A stretch of 62,955 nt of DNA, counting the filler, from Deltaproteobacteria bacterium (GTDB lineage: Bacteria > JAUYMQ01): NCBI GenBank assembly GCA_030698575.1. It is 7 parts of 7 records of this genome, joined end to end, with 100 filler letters (N's around TTAATTAATTAA, not from the genome) between each part and the next. Parts side by side here need not be neighbours in the genome. Positions count along the whole stretch, not along the records: positions 1 to 24,557 come from JAUYMQ010000234.1; 6 more parts are not named here. The stretch is one strand, 5' to 3'. The position numbers and the translations under genes are program-made. Positions 1 to 11,527 of this stretch are shown one piece after another; positions within the stretch are counted from its first letter, which is position 1, and the number at the start of each line of letters is the position of its first letter. A model generated the notes under the pieces. The model saw only the letters and a program-made list of their open reading frames with translations. It did not search any database and was not told where the DNA came from.

Positions 1-927
1 CTCGACCTTGTTGGTCGTCTTGTTGATCACGGGATGGTTCCCGCCACGATGGCCGAATTTCAACTTGTAGGTCTTCCCGCCGAGCGCCAGACCAAGCACC
101 TGATGTCCCAGGCAGATTCCAAAGATCGGCTTCTTGCCGACGAGCGCGCGGACGGCTTCGATGGCGTATGTGATCGGCTCCGGATCGCCAGGCCCGTTCG
201 ACAGGAAAATCCCGTCGGGATCCATCTCGAGCACCTTCCCGGCGGGTGTATCCGCGGGAACCACGGTGACCTCAAAATTTCGATCAACCAGCTTCCGGAG
301 GATGTTTCGCTTCACCCCGAAGTCGTAGGCCACCACCCGTCGGGGGCGGGAGGCGCGCTTCAGCCTGGGCGGCGGCGCGCCCCGCCCCGCGAGGATCTCA
401 TTTCCGCCCTCCTCCCAGCGGTAGGTCCGGAGGGTGGTCACGTCCTTCACCAGATCTCGGCCCACGATCCCCCGTGTGCGGCGCGCCAGTTCGACGAGCG
501 CCGCTTCGTCGTCGATTTCGGTCGAGGCGACGGCCATCTGCGCGCCCCGGTCCCTTATGTGCCGGACCAGGGCCCGGGTGTCCACACCCTCGACCCCCAG
601 GATGCCGTACTCCGCCAGATAGCTGTCCAGTGTCTGCCGCGATCGCCATGATGAGGCGACGGGCGACAGCTCCTTCACGATGAATGCGCCGACCCAGGCC
701 CGCCTGGATTCGACGTCTTCCGGATTGACTCCGTAGTTGCCGATCTGGGGATAGGTCATCACGACCATCTGCCCGTGATAGGAAGGGTCGGTAATTATCT
801 CCTGGTACCCGCACATGCTCGTGTTGAAAACGATCTCGTTCGTGACCGTTCCCTCGCCGCCAAAATGCCGGCCGCGGAACACGCGCCCGTCCGCCAGGGC
901 CAGTATGACCGGTTTGCCAGCGCTCAC
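1..927 (-). CDS. carA: carbamoyl-phosphate synthase small subunit (3' end outside window)
   Basis: Not in the ORF track. Manual translation from GTG at 927 (overlaps pyrC stop) gives [19 protein letters not shown]...[36 protein letters not shown], and [14 protein letters not shown] near base 1. Confidence 0.95.
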   Translation of the reverse strand, partial: MSAGKPVILALADGRVFRGRHFGGEGTVTNEIVFNTSMCGYQEIITDPSYHGQMVVMTYPQIGNYGVNPEDVESRRAWVGAFIVKELSPVASSWRSRQTLDSYLAEYGILGVEGVDTRALVRHIRDRGAQMAVASTEIDDEAALVELARRTRGIVGRDLVKDVTTLRTYRWEEGGNEILAGRGAPPPRLKRASRPRRVVAYDFGVKRNILRKLVDRNFEVTVVPADTPAGKVLEMDPDGIFLSNGPGDPEPITYAIEAVRALVGKKPIFGICLGHQVLGLALGGKTYKLKFGHRGGNHPVINKTTNKVE

Positions 928-2210
928 AGGATCCCTCCGAGCTCCAGGTCGAAAACCGTCCTTCCGCCCACAATCGTGCGAACGGCGCGGCCCCGGAGCT
1001 TCCAGCCTCCGAAGGGGGTGTTCCGGCTCTTCGAGTAAAAGCGGGTGGGATCGAACTCGAACTCGAGATCCGGGTCGATGATGGTGATGTCGGCGTCCGC
1101 CCCTTCTGCCAGATGCCCCTTGTCGAGCCGCAGAATTAACGCCGGGGCGGCCGTGAGGGCGTGGAGCGCCCGTTCCAGCCCCAGGGCCCCCTCGCGCACG
1201 AGCTTGAGCACCAGCGGCAGCGCTGTCTCGAGACCGATGATCCCGTTCGGCGCTTCGTCGAATTCGACTTCTTTTTCGACCGGGCTGTGCGGGGCGTGAT
1301 CGGTTGCGATGACCTCTACCGTGCCGTCGGCGACCGCCTCGCGGAGCGCGCGAACGTCCGCCTCGGACCTGAGCGGCGGGGCCATCTTCGCGTCCGGACG
1401 GTAGCCCGTCACCGCCTCCTCCGTCAGCGTCAGATGGTGCGGGGTGGCCTCGGCCGTCACGTCGACGCCGCGGTCCCGCGCATCCCGCAGCATGCGGATC
1501 GAGCCGGCCGTGGAGATATGGGCGATGTGGAGCCGGACGCCGGTCATTTCGGCAAGCAGGATGTCCCGCGCAACCATGATCTCTTCCGCCTGGGTCGGGA
1601 CGCCGGTAAGCCCCAGCCGGGTCGACACCAGGCCCTCGTTCATGACTCCGCGGCCCACAAGGTTCCGATCCTCGCAGTGCGAAATAACGACCAGGTGGAA
1701 CATTTTGGCGTACTCGAAGACCCGCCGGGCCACGCCAGAATCCATGATCGGGTTCCCGTCGTCGCTCACGCCGACGATCCCCGCCTCCTTCATCTGGCCG
1801 ATCTCAGCCAGCGATTCGCCCGCAAGCCCCCGCGTGGCGGCGCCAATGGGGAAGACGTTCACGACCCCCTCCCGGCGCGCCTTCCCCAGTATGAACTCCG
1901 TGATGGCGGGGCTGTCATTCACCGGATCGGTGTTCGCCATGCAGGCGACGCTCGTGAAACCGCCGGCGGCCGCCGAGCGGGTTCCCGTCAGGATCGATTC
2001 CTTGTACTCATGGCCCGGCTCCCGAAGGTGGCAGTGCATGTCGATGAGGCCCGGCACCACCCATTTCCCCGACGCGTCGATTCGTTGCCCCTCGCGGTCC
2101 CCTTCGCCCCGTGGCGCAACGGCTGCAATTCTGCCGTCGTCGACGAGGAGATCGTGCTCGCCGTCGATGCGATTGCGAGGATCGATGAGGCGTCCGTTCA
2201 CGATCCACAT
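924..2210 (-). CDS. pyrC: dihydroorotase (type I)
   Basis: [31 protein letters not shown] and IATDHAPH motifs; lies between pyrB and carA. Confidence 0.95.
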   Translation of the reverse strand: MWIVNGRLIDPRNRIDGEHDLLVDDGRIAAVAPRGEGDREGQRIDASGKWVVPGLIDMHCHLREPGHEYKESILTGTRSAAAGGFTSVACMANTDPVNDSPAITEFILGKARREGVVNVFPIGAATRGLAGESLAEIGQMKEAGIVGVSDDGNPIMDSGVARRVFEYAKMFHLVVISHCEDRNLVGRGVMNEGLVSTRLGLTGVPTQAEEIMVARDILLAEMTGVRLHIAHISTAGSIRMLRDARDRGVDVTAEATPHHLTLTEEAVTGYRPDAKMAPPLRSEADVRALREAVADGTVEVIATDHAPHSPVEKEVEFDEAPNGIIGLETALPLVLKLVREGALGLERALHALTAAPALILRLDKGHLAEGADADITIIDPDLEFEFDPTRFYSKSRNTPFGGWKLRGRAVRTIVGGRTVFDLELGGIL

Positions 2211-2213
2211 GCG

Positions 2214-3140
2214 TCAGTTGCTCCGCTGGCCGGCGAGCAGGTAGAGGATCGCCATCCTGACCGCGACCCCGTTGGTCACCTGCTCGAGGATTACCGAATA
2301 GGGCCCGTCGGCGATCTCGCTCGAGATCTCCACGTCGCGATTGATCGGGCCGGGATGCATGATGACTGCATTCTCCTTGGCAAGATCGAGAATCTCGGGA
2401 GTGAGGCAGTAGAGTCTCGAGTATTCCCGGATTGACGGAAACAGCAGCTTCGAGTGCCGCTCCATCTGGATGCGAAGCATCATGATCACGTCAGCGTCCA
2501 CCACCGCCTCGCGGACGTTCGTATAGGCCTTGCACCCGAGCTGTTCGATGTGGGGAGGAAGCATCGTTGGCGGGCCGGCCACGCGCACCTCCGCTCCCAT
2601 CTTGGTGAAGCCGTAGATGTTCGAGCGCGCAACGCGACTGGCCGCGATGTCGCCCACGATGGCAACCTTGAGGCCCTCGAAGCGTCCCTTCTTTTCCTTG
2701 ACTGTCAGCAGGTCGAGGAGCGCCTGGCTGGGGTGCTCATGCGCGCCGTCGCCCGCGTTGACCACCGATGACTTAACCATTCGCGAGAGCATTTCCGGCG
2801 TGCCCGCCTGATTGTGGCGGACCACTATCACGTCGGGAAGCATCGCCCCGATGCTTCGGGCGGTGTCTATCAGCGTCTCGCTCTTGGAGAGGCTCGAGGA
2901 TGAGGCGCTGAAGTTGATCGTGTCGGCGGAGAGCCGCTTGGCGGCTATCTCGAAGCTGGTGCGGGTCCGGGTGGAGCCTTCGAAGAACAGGTTGACGACC
3001 GTCTTTCCACGAAGGGTCGGGACCTTCTTGATATCCCGTGAATGGATCTCGTGTAACTTCTGCGCCGTTTCGAGGATGAGTTCGATCTCCTCCCGGGTCA
3101 GCTTCTCGATTCCCAGTAGATCCTTGCTCACGAGGCGCAT
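2214..3140 (-). CDS. pyrB: aspartate carbamoyltransferase catalytic subunit
   Basis: [23 protein letters not shown] and [12 protein letters not shown] motifs. Confidence 0.97.
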   Translation of the reverse strand: MRLVSKDLLGIEKLTREEIELILETAQKLHEIHSRDIKKVPTLRGKTVVNLFFEGSTRTRTSFEIAAKRLSADTINFSASSSSLSKSETLIDTARSIGAMLPDVIVVRHNQAGTPEMLSRMVKSSVVNAGDGAHEHPSQALLDLLTVKEKKGRFEGLKVAIVGDIAASRVARSNIYGFTKMGAEVRVAGPPTMLPPHIEQLGCKAYTNVREAVVDADVIMMLRIQMERHSKLLFPSIREYSRLYCLTPEILDLAKENAVIMHPGPINRDVEISSEIADGPYSVILEQVTNGVAVRMAILYLLAGQRSN

Positions 3141-3712
3141 GGATCGCCCTCCCCTTCCCGGACGAGCACGAACTCGTTCCCGCCGTCCTGGGAAAATTCC
3201 ACGCGGACGTCGTCGCGACGCGCGGTGGGAACGTTTTTTCCTACGAAATCGACTTTGATCGGAAGTTCGCGATGGCCGCGATCGACCAGGACTGCAAGCT
3301 GGATGGAGCGCGGGCGACCGAAATCGACAACGGCATCGAGGGCGGCCCTCGTCGTGCGGCCCGTGAACAGCACGTCGTCAACGAGAATGACCCTCTTGTC
3401 GGTGATGTCGAAGGGCATGTGGGAGGCGGACATATTGGAGCTCGCCCCGGCCGTCGCCACGTCGTCGCGGTAGAGCGTGATGTCGAGCTTCCCCAGCGGG
3501 ACCTCTACCCCGCTCACCTCCCGGATATAGGCCTGGAGCCGCTTGCCCAGAGGCACCCCGCCTGCCGGAATCGCCAGCAGCACCAGCTCGCCAAGCGACT
3601 CGCTCCGCTCGACGATCTCATGGGCTATGCGCCGGATGGCGCGTTCGATGGCCGGGCCGTCCAGGATCACACGGCCGCCGTTACCCGCCGGGTCGCTAGA
3701 TTGCTCGCTCAT
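3128..3712 (-). CDS. pyrR: pyrimidine operon attenuation regulator / uracil phosphoribosyltransferase PyrR
   Basis: [37 protein letters not shown] and DRGHRELPI motifs. Start placed at ATG 3712 because the longer ORF overlaps the attenuator. Confidence 0.93.
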   Translation of the reverse strand: MSEQSSDPAGNGGRVILDGPAIERAIRRIAHEIVERSESLGELVLLAIPAGGVPLGKRLQAYIREVSGVEVPLGKLDITLYRDDVATAGASSNMSASHMPFDITDKRVILVDDVLFTGRTTRAALDAVVDFGRPRSIQLAVLVDRGHRELPIKVDFVGKNVPTARRDDVRVEFSQDGGNEFVLVREGEGDPCAS

Positions 3713-3776
3713 GTCGTCAAAATCCGTTCTGTCGGGACTGTCGGGACCGTCGGCAGGAGGCGGGGCGATGAGGCAC

Positions 3777-3802
3777 AAAAAAACCTTCTCAGTCGAGAAG
3801 GC
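3777..3802 (-). terminator. intrinsic terminator of the pyr attenuator
   Basis: Minus strand GCCTTCTC-GACT-GAGAAGG followed by a T7 run, about 65 nt upstream of pyrR. Confidence 0.8.
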
Positions 3803-3886
3803 TCGAGGCAACGCCCGAATGGCTTCATCTTGAAGTTTCGCGGGCTACGCCCGCAGCATGTGCCATTCCTGGTCGTCATTCCCTCG

Positions 3887-3920
3887 CCCTTTGTCCGCCT
3901 CACTGGACGGTCTTAAAAGG
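3887..3920 (-). promoter_or_regulatory. PyrR-binding RNA loop (anti-antiterminator)
   Basis: Minus strand CCUUUUAAGACCGUCCAGUGAGGCGGACAAAGGG resembles the PyrR consensus CCUUUAA...RUCCNGNGAGGY...AAGG; sits upstream of the terminator and pyrR. Confidence 0.8.
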
Positions 3921-4022
3921 TGCTAAGGCATCGCGGAAAACTAGCAGAGGCGTGACATGAAGTCAACGACTTCCGGACGGGGCCAGCCAAACCGCCGGAA
4001 TAGTGCCGGGCGCGAGCGAGGC

Positions 4023-4859
4023 CTAGCCCACCCCGTCCCCGATACGGGCCCATCGCACCCGGTGATTGTCGCGATTCCAGGACCAGTAAATAACGAAGGC
4101 CTTGCCCCGAATTTCGCTGTCCCGGACCAGGCCCCAGAAGCGACCGTCCCGTGAATTGTCCCGGTTGTCGCCGAGCATGAAGAATCGATCCTCGTCGACC
4201 TCGACCTGCTCGCTGGTGGAGTGCGCCCGAGGACCGACCCCCGAGGGAAAGAGATCGGCATAGAATACGTCGTAGTAGTCGCGGAAATTGCCCTCGTCGA
4301 TGATCTTGCGTTCCGGAATGGGGAATGCTTTACCGTTCACCATGAGCTTGCCCTTCACAAGCTGGAGGACGTCGCCTTTCTTGGGAACGTAAATAGGACC
4401 GAACCGCGCCTCATCCCCGGGCACGACCCAGCTGGGCTGGCGGTTGCCCTGGTAATGCCCCGGATCTTCCTCCCACGGATTTCCGTTCACGAACACCTGT
4501 CTCCCGACTATTTCAACCTCGTCCCCCGACTGACCCGTCAGACGCTTTATGAAATCCGTCTTATGATCCTTGGGGAACCGGAAGACGATGATGTCGCCCC
4601 GGTGGGGCACATTCATGGCGAGAAGCCGGCCGTCGACGAAGGGAACGCGCAGGCCAAAGAGAAACTTGTTGACGAGGATGTGATCGCCCACCTGGAGCGT
4701 CGGAAGCATGGATCCTGAGGGAATCTTAAACGCCTGCACCGCGAAGGTGCGAATGGCGAAGGCCAGGACCAGCGCGATGACCACCGCCTCGAGCACTTCC
4801 ATGAAGGTGCCACGTTGGGCTTCACTGAGGCCGGCGGCCGCCGGGCGGGCCTTGCCCAT
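4023..4859 (-). CDS. lepB: signal peptidase I
   Basis: AFKIPSGSMLPTL (catalytic Ser), DFIKR (Lys) and GDNRDNSRDGRFWG motifs; ATG 4859 overlaps the lepA stop (TGATG). Confidence 0.95.
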   Translation of the reverse strand: MGKARPAAAGLSEAQRGTFMEVLEAVVIALVLAFAIRTFAVQAFKIPSGSMLPTLQVGDHILVNKFLFGLRVPFVDGRLLAMNVPHRGDIIVFRFPKDHKTDFIKRLTGQSGDEVEIVGRQVFVNGNPWEEDPGHYQGNRQPSWVVPGDEARFGPIYVPKKGDVLQLVKGKLMVNGKAFPIPERKIIDEGNFRDYYDVFYADLFPSGVGPRAHSTSEQVEVDEDRFFMLGDNRDNSRDGRFWGLVRDSEIRGKAFVIYWSWNRDNHRVRWARIGDGVG

Positions 4860-6667
4860 CAGTCCTTCACCTTGAGGATCGCCAGGAAGGCTTCCTGGGG
4901 TATCTCGACCCGGCCAACGCGCTTCATCCTCTTCTTGCCTTCCTTCTGCTTCTCCAGCAGTTTGCGCTTCCGGGTAATGTCTCCCCCGTAACACTTGGCC
5001 GTGACGTTCTTTCGAAGCGCCTTCACGGTCTCCCTGGCGATGATCTTGCTGCCAATCGCGGCCTGGATCGCCACTTCGAACATTTGCCGGGGAATGAACC
5101 CCTTCATCTTGAGGCAGAGATCGCGGCCCCGCTGGTAGGCCCTGTCGTGGTGAACGATCAGGGAAAGCGCGTCGACCGGTTCGCCGTTTATCAGTATGTC
5201 GAGCTTCACGAGCTTTGATTCGACGTAGCTATGAAAGACGTAGTCCATCGAGCCGAACCCGCGCGTGCACGACTTGAGGCGGTCATGGAAGTCGAGGACC
5301 ACCTCGTTCAGCGGTATCTCATAGACGACGATAGCGTGGTGTTTGCCATGCACCTGAAGCGACTTCTGGGTTCCGCGCTTGTCCTCGCAGAGGCTCAGCA
5401 CGGCGCCGATGTGCTCCTTCGGAACGTGAATCGTGACCTCGATGACGGGCTCCTCGACGCGGTCGATCGAGCCTGTTTCGGGAAGGAGCGCCGGGTTTTC
5501 TATCTTCAGCGTCTCGCCCGCGGTCGTCACGACGTGGTAGGGCACCGTTGGCGCCGTCGTGATGAGATCGAGGCTGTACTCCCGTTCCAGGCGCTCCTGG
5601 ATGATCTCCATGTGCAGGAGGCCCAGGAAACCGCAGCGGAAGCCGAAGCCGAGGGCGGTCGATGATTCGGGTTCGAAGGAGAAGCTGGAGTCGTTCAGGC
5701 TGAGCTTTTCCAGGGCGTCGCGCAGTCCCCCGTGATCGTTCGGATCGATGGGGTACAGTCCACTGAATACCATCGGCTGAACCACCTTGAAGCCGGGAAA
5801 GGGGCTATCGGTGAGGCGATCGGTCTCAGTGATGGTGTCACCAATGCGCGCCATTCGGATGTCCTTGATGCCTGCCACCACGATGCCGACCTCTCCCGCG
5901 TACAGCGCCTCCAGCTCAAGCGGCTTCGGCGTCAGGACGCCGAGCCTCAGCACTTCAAGGTCCCGGCCGCTGGACATAAGGTGGATCTTCATGCCCTTCC
6001 GGATGGTTCCCTCGAAAACCCTGACGAGAACCACCGCCCCCTGATAGACGTCGAACCAGGAGTCGAACACCAGCGCCTTCAGGGGCGCATTCTCGTCGCC
6101 CGATGGCGGAGGGATCTTCTGAATCAGGCGTTCCAGGACCTCCCGCACGCCGAGCCCCTCCTTGGCGCTGATGGCCAGGGCATCATGCGCATCCAGGCCG
6201 ATCACCTCCTCGATCTCCGCCCGCGTCCCTTCCGGGTCCGCGCCCGGCAGGTCGATCTTGTTCAGGACGGGAACCACCTCGAGGTTCGCGTCGAGGGCCT
6301 TGTAGACGTTCGCAAGCGTCTGGGCTTCCACCCCCTGGGAGGCGTCGACGACGAGCAGAGCCCCCTCGCAGGCAGCGAGGCTCCGGCTCACTTCGTAGGA
6401 GAAGTCCACGTGGCCCGGCGTGTCGATCAGGTGAAGGGTGTAGGTGCGGCCGTTGAGGGCGCGGTAGAAAAGGCGCACCGTTTGCGCCTTGATGGTGATC
6501 CCGCGCTCTCGTTCGAGATCCATCTGATCCAGCACCTGCGCGCTCATTTCCCGGGCGGTGAGCGCGCCGGTAAGCTCGAGGATGCGATCGGCGAGCGTGG
6601 ATTTCCCGTGATCAACGTGGGCGATGATCGAGAAGTTTCTGATCTCATTCCTGCGTGGTTCGATCAT
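4859..6667 (-). CDS. lepA: translation elongation factor 4
   Basis: [32 protein letters not shown] and [25 protein letters not shown]; start at ATG 6667. Confidence 0.97.
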   Translation of the reverse strand: MIEPRRNEIRNFSIIAHVDHGKSTLADRILELTGALTAREMSAQVLDQMDLERERGITIKAQTVRLFYRALNGRTYTLHLIDTPGHVDFSYEVSRSLAACEGALLVVDASQGVEAQTLANVYKALDANLEVVPVLNKIDLPGADPEGTRAEIEEVIGLDAHDALAISAKEGLGVREVLERLIQKIPPPSGDENAPLKALVFDSWFDVYQGAVVLVRVFEGTIRKGMKIHLMSSGRDLEVLRLGVLTPKPLELEALYAGEVGIVVAGIKDIRMARIGDTITETDRLTDSPFPGFKVVQPMVFSGLYPIDPNDHGGLRDALEKLSLNDSSFSFEPESSTALGFGFRCGFLGLLHMEIIQERLEREYSLDLITTAPTVPYHVVTTAGETLKIENPALLPETGSIDRVEEPVIEVTIHVPKEHIGAVLSLCEDKRGTQKSLQVHGKHHAIVVYEIPLNEVVLDFHDRLKSCTRGFGSMDYVFHSYVESKLVKLDILINGEPVDALSLIVHHDRAYQRGRDLCLKMKGFIPRQMFEVAIQAAIGSKIIARETVKALRKNVTAKCYGGDITRKRKLLEKQKEGKKRMKRVGRVEIPQEAFLAILKVKD

Positions 6668-6671
6668 CGCT

Positions 6672-7661
6672 TCAACCCTGTTCGCCGCCCTTCTTGCCGG
6701 GATCATTGGCGGCTGCCGCGCGCTCATGGGCGATCTGCTCCACGAAATAGGCGCGCGTTCGCCGCAGACCTTCGTCGATATCAACCTTCGGAGTCCAGCC
6801 CAGAATCTTCTGGGCGAGCGAGATATCCGGCTGTCGCACCTTCGGATCGTCGACGGGAAGCGGCTTGTACGCAATCGTGACGGCCGACTCCGCGACGGAC
6901 TTTACCTTCTCGGCGATCTCCAGGATGGAAAACTCCTGAGGGTTCCCGAGGTTCACCGGATCATGGTAGTCCGACTGAAGCAGCTGGTAGATGCCCTCGA
7001 TCATGTCATCGACGTAGCAGAAGCTCCGCGTCTGATCGCCGGTTCCGTAGACCGTCAGGGGTTCGCCCCTGATAGCCTGCCCGAAGAAGCTGGGTATCAC
7101 ACGCCCGTCGTGTATCCGCATTCGCGGACCGTAGGTATTGAAGATCCGAACTATCCGGGTGTCGACGCCGTGCGTGCGATGGTAGGCCATCGTCAACGCT
7201 TCGGCGAAGCGCTTCGCCTCGTCGTACACGCCGCGAGGGCCGATCGGGTTCACGTTGCCCCAGTAGTCCTCTCGTTGCGGGTGGACGAGCGGATCACCGT
7301 AAACCTCCGAGGTCGAGGCCAGCAGGAGGCGCGCCTTTTTCGCGAGGGCCAGACCGAGGGCGTTGTGAGTACCGAGAGAGCCCACCTTCAGGGTCTGGAT
7401 CGGAAGCTCCAGATAGTCGATGGGACTCGCGGGCGACGCGAAGTGCAGGATCGCGTCGAGATCCCCTTCGATATGAATGTAATTCGTCACGTTGTGCTTG
7501 ATGAACGTGAAGCGCTCGTTTGGAAAAAACGGGGCGATGTTGTCCAGGCGTCCGGTCAGAAGGTTGTCCATGGCCATGACTTCCCACCCGCGGTCGAGGA
7601 AAAGACCGCAAAGATGGGATCCGATGAATCCGGCCCCGCCCGTAATCAACGCCCTGGGCAC
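6672..7661 (-). CDS. UDP-glucuronate decarboxylase (UDP-xylose synthase) family SDR
   Basis: [34 protein letters not shown] and [10 protein letters not shown] motifs. Confidence 0.88.
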   Translation of the reverse strand: MPRALITGGAGFIGSHLCGLFLDRGWEVMAMDNLLTGRLDNIAPFFPNERFTFIKHNVTNYIHIEGDLDAILHFASPASPIDYLELPIQTLKVGSLGTHNALGLALAKKARLLLASTSEVYGDPLVHPQREDYWGNVNPIGPRGVYDEAKRFAEALTMAYHRTHGVDTRIVRIFNTYGPRMRIHDGRVIPSFFGQAIRGEPLTVYGTGDQTRSFCYVDDMIEGIYQLLQSDYHDPVNLGNPQEFSILEIAEKVKSVAESAVTIAYKPLPVDDPKVRQPDISLAQKILGWTPKVDIDEGLRRTRAYFVEQIAHERAAAANDPGKKGGEQG

Positions 7662-7673
7662 GCTAGCTCTCCT

Positions 7674-8987
7674 CTACCCCTCGACGATCGGCGCCCCGAT
7701 GGACACGTAAGTGAACCCGTGCTTGCGGATCTCCGCAGGCGTATAGATGTTCCGCCCATCGAAGATTATCGGTCGCGACAGGAGTTCGCGCATTTTCGCA
7801 AAATTCGGACGTCTGAATTCGTTCCATTCCGTAACTACCGCAAGCGCATCGGCCTTCTCCAAAGCCACATAGGCGTTCGCGGCGTACTGGATGCGATCCC
7901 CAAATCGCGATCGCGCCCGCTCCATCGCTTCTGGATCGTATGCGACGACGCGCGCCCCGTCGTCCAGCAGCTTATCGATGATGGTGACCGACGAGGCTTC
8001 TCGCATGTCGTCGGTCCGGGGCTTGAATGCGAGGCCCCAGACGGCGATTTTCAACCCCGAAAGCTTTCCTCCGAAGTAATCACGGATCTTCTCGTAGAGG
8101 ATTTCCTTCTGGGCATTGTTGACCCGCTCGGACGCTTCCACGACCTGGAGCGGGCGACCCGCCTCGTGGCCCATTTTGAGGAGAGCACGAAGATCCTTGG
8201 GAAAGCAGGAACCTCCGAATCCGACACCGGGGAAGAGGAACTGGGTTCCGATACGGTGATCCGATCCGATACCGACGCGGACCTCGTTGACGTCCACTCC
8301 CAGGAGTTCGCAGAGATTGGCGATTTCGTTCATGAAGCTGATCTTGGTGGCAAGCAGCGCGTTCGCCGCGTACTTCGTCATCTCCGCGCTCCGGAGCCCC
8401 ATGGTTATGATCGGATTGCCGGTGCGCACAAAGGGGCTGTATAGCTCCACCATGATTTCCCGGGCGCGGTCGCTCTCAGTCCCGATCACCACGCGGTCGG
8501 GCTTCATGAAGTCGTCAACTGCCGCCCCTTCCTTCAGGAATTCAGGGTTGGACACAACGTCGACCTCGGTGTCAGAGACGGCCGCAATCTCCTGGCGCAC
8601 CCGGTCACCGGTCCCCACGGGAACGGTGCTCTTCGTCACGATGACCTTGTAGTCGTCGGTGCAGCGCGCGATATTCCGGGCCACTCCGAGTACGTGGGTC
8701 AGGTCCGCTGAGCCGTCCTCCCCTTCGGGGGTTCCCACGGCGATGAATATGACGAGAGAAGCGCGGACAGCGCTGTCGAGATCCGTTGTGAAACGAAGCC
8801 GCCCTTCCTCGATGTTTCTCTCGAGAAGATCCCGCAGACCCGGCTCATAAATCGTTGGAACGCCGGTCTTGAGGATGTCGATCTTCTGCTCATCGACGTC
8901 GACGCAGATCACGTCATTGCCGCTCTCCGCAAAGCAGGTCCCCGCCACGAGCCCGACGTAACCGGTGCCTATCACTGCGATGTTCAT
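7674..8987 (-). CDS. ugd: UDP-glucose 6-dehydrogenase
   Basis: GTGYVGL, SNPEFLKEG, GFGGSCFPKD and GLAFKPRTDDMRE motifs. Confidence 0.93.
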   Translation of the reverse strand: MNIAVIGTGYVGLVAGTCFAESGNDVICVDVDEQKIDILKTGVPTIYEPGLRDLLERNIEEGRLRFTTDLDSAVRASLVIFIAVGTPEGEDGSADLTHVLGVARNIARCTDDYKVIVTKSTVPVGTGDRVRQEIAAVSDTEVDVVSNPEFLKEGAAVDDFMKPDRVVIGTESDRAREIMVELYSPFVRTGNPIITMGLRSAEMTKYAANALLATKISFMNEIANLCELLGVDVNEVRVGIGSDHRIGTQFLFPGVGFGGSCFPKDLRALLKMGHEAGRPLQVVEASERVNNAQKEILYEKIRDYFGGKLSGLKIAVWGLAFKPRTDDMREASSVTIIDKLLDDGARVVAYDPEAMERARSRFGDRIQYAANAYVALEKADALAVVTEWNEFRRPNFAKMRELLSRPIIFDGRNIYTPAEIRKHGFTYVSIGAPIVEG

Positions 8988-9889
8988 TTTTGCTTATCCC
9001 CCGCCTCCGCCCCCGCGGCCGCATCGAGGGATGCGACCCGCTCACGGGTGACGTACTCCTCCAGCGCCTCATCCCAGGGTCGAAACGTCACACCCGCTTC
9101 GGCCAGCTTGGAGAGATCCAGGACTCCCCAGGCCGGACGCTGCGCCGGCCGCGGGTACTCCGCGGTGGTGGTCGGCGTAACCAGGGAAGGATCCATGCCC
9201 GCCAGGGTGACCGCCCGGAGGGCCACATCGTACCAGGTGCAACGTCCGGCGTTCACCGCGTGAAAGGTTCCGGTGAGCTTGAGCGCGACGGCTTCCAGAG
9301 TGGCGACAGCGAGATCCCTCGCCCACGTCGGAGCGCCAAACTGATCGTTCACCACCTTCAGCTGTTCGCCCGCAGCCGCCTTCTCCAGAATCGTGTCGAC
9401 GAAATTTCGCCCATGGCGGCCGTAGAGCCACTGCGTGCGGAGAATCAGGTGGCGCGCGTCCCCCGAGCGAATCGCGTCTTCTCCCGCGAGCTTGCTCCTG
9501 CCATAGACCGAGAGCGGAGCGACGGGGTGGTCCTCCTTGTAAGGCGTGGATGCACGACCGTCGAATACGTAATCCGTGCTGTAGTGGACCAGGAGCGCGC
9601 CCGTCTCCCGGGCGGCTTTCGCCAGAACTCCTGGCACCTCTCCGTTCATGCGATACGCAGTCTCGGCTTCAGACTCGCAACCGTCGACGTTCGTGTAGGC
9701 GGCGCAGTTCACGATGACCTGCGGCGAAACCATCGCGATCGCCGAAAAAATAGATTCCTGGCTCGCGACGTCGAGGTCCTCCCGCATGAACGCTGCCACC
9801 CGCCAGTCGACACCGGCGGTCACCCGGCGCGCCGCGCGCTGCATTTCCTGTCCAAGCATTCCTCCGGCGCCCGTGATCAGGAGCCTCAC
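8984..9889 (-). CDS. rfbD: dTDP-4-dehydrorhamnose reductase
   Basis: ITGAGGMLG, NCAAYTNVD, HYSTDYVFDG and YGRSKLAGE motifs; GTG start at 9889 overlaps the rfbB stop. Confidence 0.93.
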   Translation of the reverse strand: MRLLITGAGGMLGQEMQRAARRVTAGVDWRVAAFMREDLDVASQESIFSAIAMVSPQVIVNCAAYTNVDGCESEAETAYRMNGEVPGVLAKAARETGALLVHYSTDYVFDGRASTPYKEDHPVAPLSVYGRSKLAGEDAIRSGDARHLILRTQWLYGRHGRNFVDTILEKAAAGEQLKVVNDQFGAPTWARDLAVATLEAVALKLTGTFHAVNAGRCTWYDVALRAVTLAGMDPSLVTPTTTAEYPRPAQRPAWGVLDLSKLAEAGVTFRPWDEALEEYVTRERVASLDAAAGAEAGDKQK

Positions 9890-10908
9890 AACCGGCTCCC
9901 GTAATGCCGGCGGTAGTACTCCTGGTACTCGCCGCTCTTCACCTTCTCCCACCAAGACCGGTTCTCGACGTACCAGCGGACGGTGGATCGGAGCCCGTCC
10001 TCCAGAGATATCAGGGGTTTCCAGCCGAACTCGCGGGCGATCTTCGAGTAGTCCATCGCGTATCGCCGATCATGTCCCGGTCTGTCGGTGACGTATCGCA
10101 GAAGCGACTCGGGTCGATCAAGGCAGCGCAGCAGCAGCTTCGCAATCTCGATATTGGTGCGATCGGCGGCACCCGTCTGCCAGGTGCCTATGTTGTACAC
10201 CTCGCCTTTCCGCCCCTCGCGAATGAGCAGATCGATCGCCCGGCTGTGGTCGTCGACGTGGAGCCAATCTCGCACCTGCAGCCCGTCGCCGTACACGGGG
10301 AGCTCCTTTCCCTCGAGCGCGTTGGAGATGAAGAGAGGGATGAGCTTCTCGGGAAACTGGTATGGGCCGTAGTTGTTCGAGCATCTCGTGACGAAGGCGT
10401 TCAGCCCATGGGTGTGCACGGCCGCCAGAACGAGGAGGTCGGCGGCGGTCTTGCTGGCCGCGTAAGGGGAATTTGGGTGGAGAGCCGTGTCTTCCCGGAA
10501 CGCCTCCCCGGGGGGGAGACTTCCATATACCTCGTCCGTCGAGATCTGGACAAAGAGCCCGACGCTTCTGGCCCGGGCCGAATCGAGAAGGGTCTGCGTT
10601 CCGGTGATGTTGGTGCGAATGAACTCCCGGGCCGACTCGATGCTGCGATCGACGTGGCTCTCCGCGGCGAAGTTCACAAGCGTGTCGAAGCCTTCCGAAA
10701 GCAGCCCGTCCATCGCGTCGGGGTCCGCTATGTCGGCCTTCACGAAGCGATACCGGGGGTCCTTCTCAATCGAGGCAAGATTCTCGAGATTGCCCGCGTA
10801 GGTGAGCGAATCGACATTCGTCACGAAGGCCCCGGGATGCTCGCCGAGCATGAAACGGATGAAATTCGAGCCGATGAACCCGGCGCCGCCCGTCACTAGG
10901 ATCTTCAA
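9886..10908 (-). CDS. rfbB: dTDP-glucose 4,6-dehydratase
   Basis: [44 protein letters not shown] and DRPGHDRRY motifs. Confidence 0.95.
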   Translation of the reverse strand: MKILVTGGAGFIGSNFIRFMLGEHPGAFVTNVDSLTYAGNLENLASIEKDPRYRFVKADIADPDAMDGLLSEGFDTLVNFAAESHVDRSIESAREFIRTNITGTQTLLDSARARSVGLFVQISTDEVYGSLPPGEAFREDTALHPNSPYAASKTAADLLVLAAVHTHGLNAFVTRCSNNYGPYQFPEKLIPLFISNALEGKELPVYGDGLQVRDWLHVDDHSRAIDLLIREGRKGEVYNIGTWQTGAADRTNIEIAKLLLRCLDRPESLLRYVTDRPGHDRRYAMDYSKIAREFGWKPLISLEDGLRSTVRWYVENRSWWEKVKSGEYQEYYRRHYGSRL

Positions 10909-11030
10909 GCCTGCTCCTGTCGAAATTCCCCGGCCGCGAGCGATACGCCGGCATTTCGCCGGAGCCGCCCCGCCCGCCGAGGTTGGTATTGGCCTCGCCT
11001 GGATCGGGAGAAAACGAGATGTGCGGGACG

Positions 11031-11516
11031 CTACCCGTCCTTTCGCGTCCAGTCATAGGGAATGTCGTTGTCGTGGGGGTGGACCCTGAACTCGTCCGGA
11101 TCGCTGTAGTCGTAAACCTCGGTCGGGATGTTGACCAGGATCGCCTCTGTCTCCGAAATCGTCTTGAAGCCGTGAAGGACAAAGGTCGGGATCTGAACGA
11201 GCAGCATGTTCTGCTCGCCCATGAAGAATTCGTTCACTTCCCCATGGGTTGGCGAATGCTCACGCCCATCGTACAACACGACTTTCATCATGCCCCGTAC
11301 GGCGATGAAGTTGTCGATCTGCTTCTTGTGGAAGTGCCACCCCTTGACCACACCAGGATAGCCGGTGGTCATGTAGAGCTGGCCGAATTTCAGATAAAAG
11401 TCCTTGTCGTCGTTCCTGAGCATCTCGGTGAGCCGGCCCCGCTCGTCGGGAATCACGCGGAGGCGCTTGACTTTTGCGCCGTCTATAAGCTTTTTCGCCT
11501 TGACGCCTTCGATCAC
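11031..11516 (-). CDS. rfbC: dTDP-4-dehydrorhamnose 3,5-epimerase family cupin
   Basis: IPDERG, PGVVKGWHFH, YDGREHSPTHG and HGFK motifs; inside the rml cluster. Confidence 0.85.
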   Translation of the reverse strand: MIEGVKAKKLIDGAKVKRLRVIPDERGRLTEMLRNDDKDFYLKFGQLYMTTGYPGVVKGWHFHKKQIDNFIAVRGMMKVVLYDGREHSPTHGEVNEFFMGEQNMLLVQIPTFVLHGFKTISETEAILVNIPTEVYDYSDPDEFRVHPHDNDIPYDWTRKDG

Positions 11517-11527
11517 CTTGATCTCCT

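Noticed and set aside
6624-8444. Long antisense ORFs (606 aa here; also 1161-2435, 27337-29292, 48783-50432, 51375-53360)
   Set aside because: Shadow frames of well-supported genes in high-GC DNA with no recognisable motifs.
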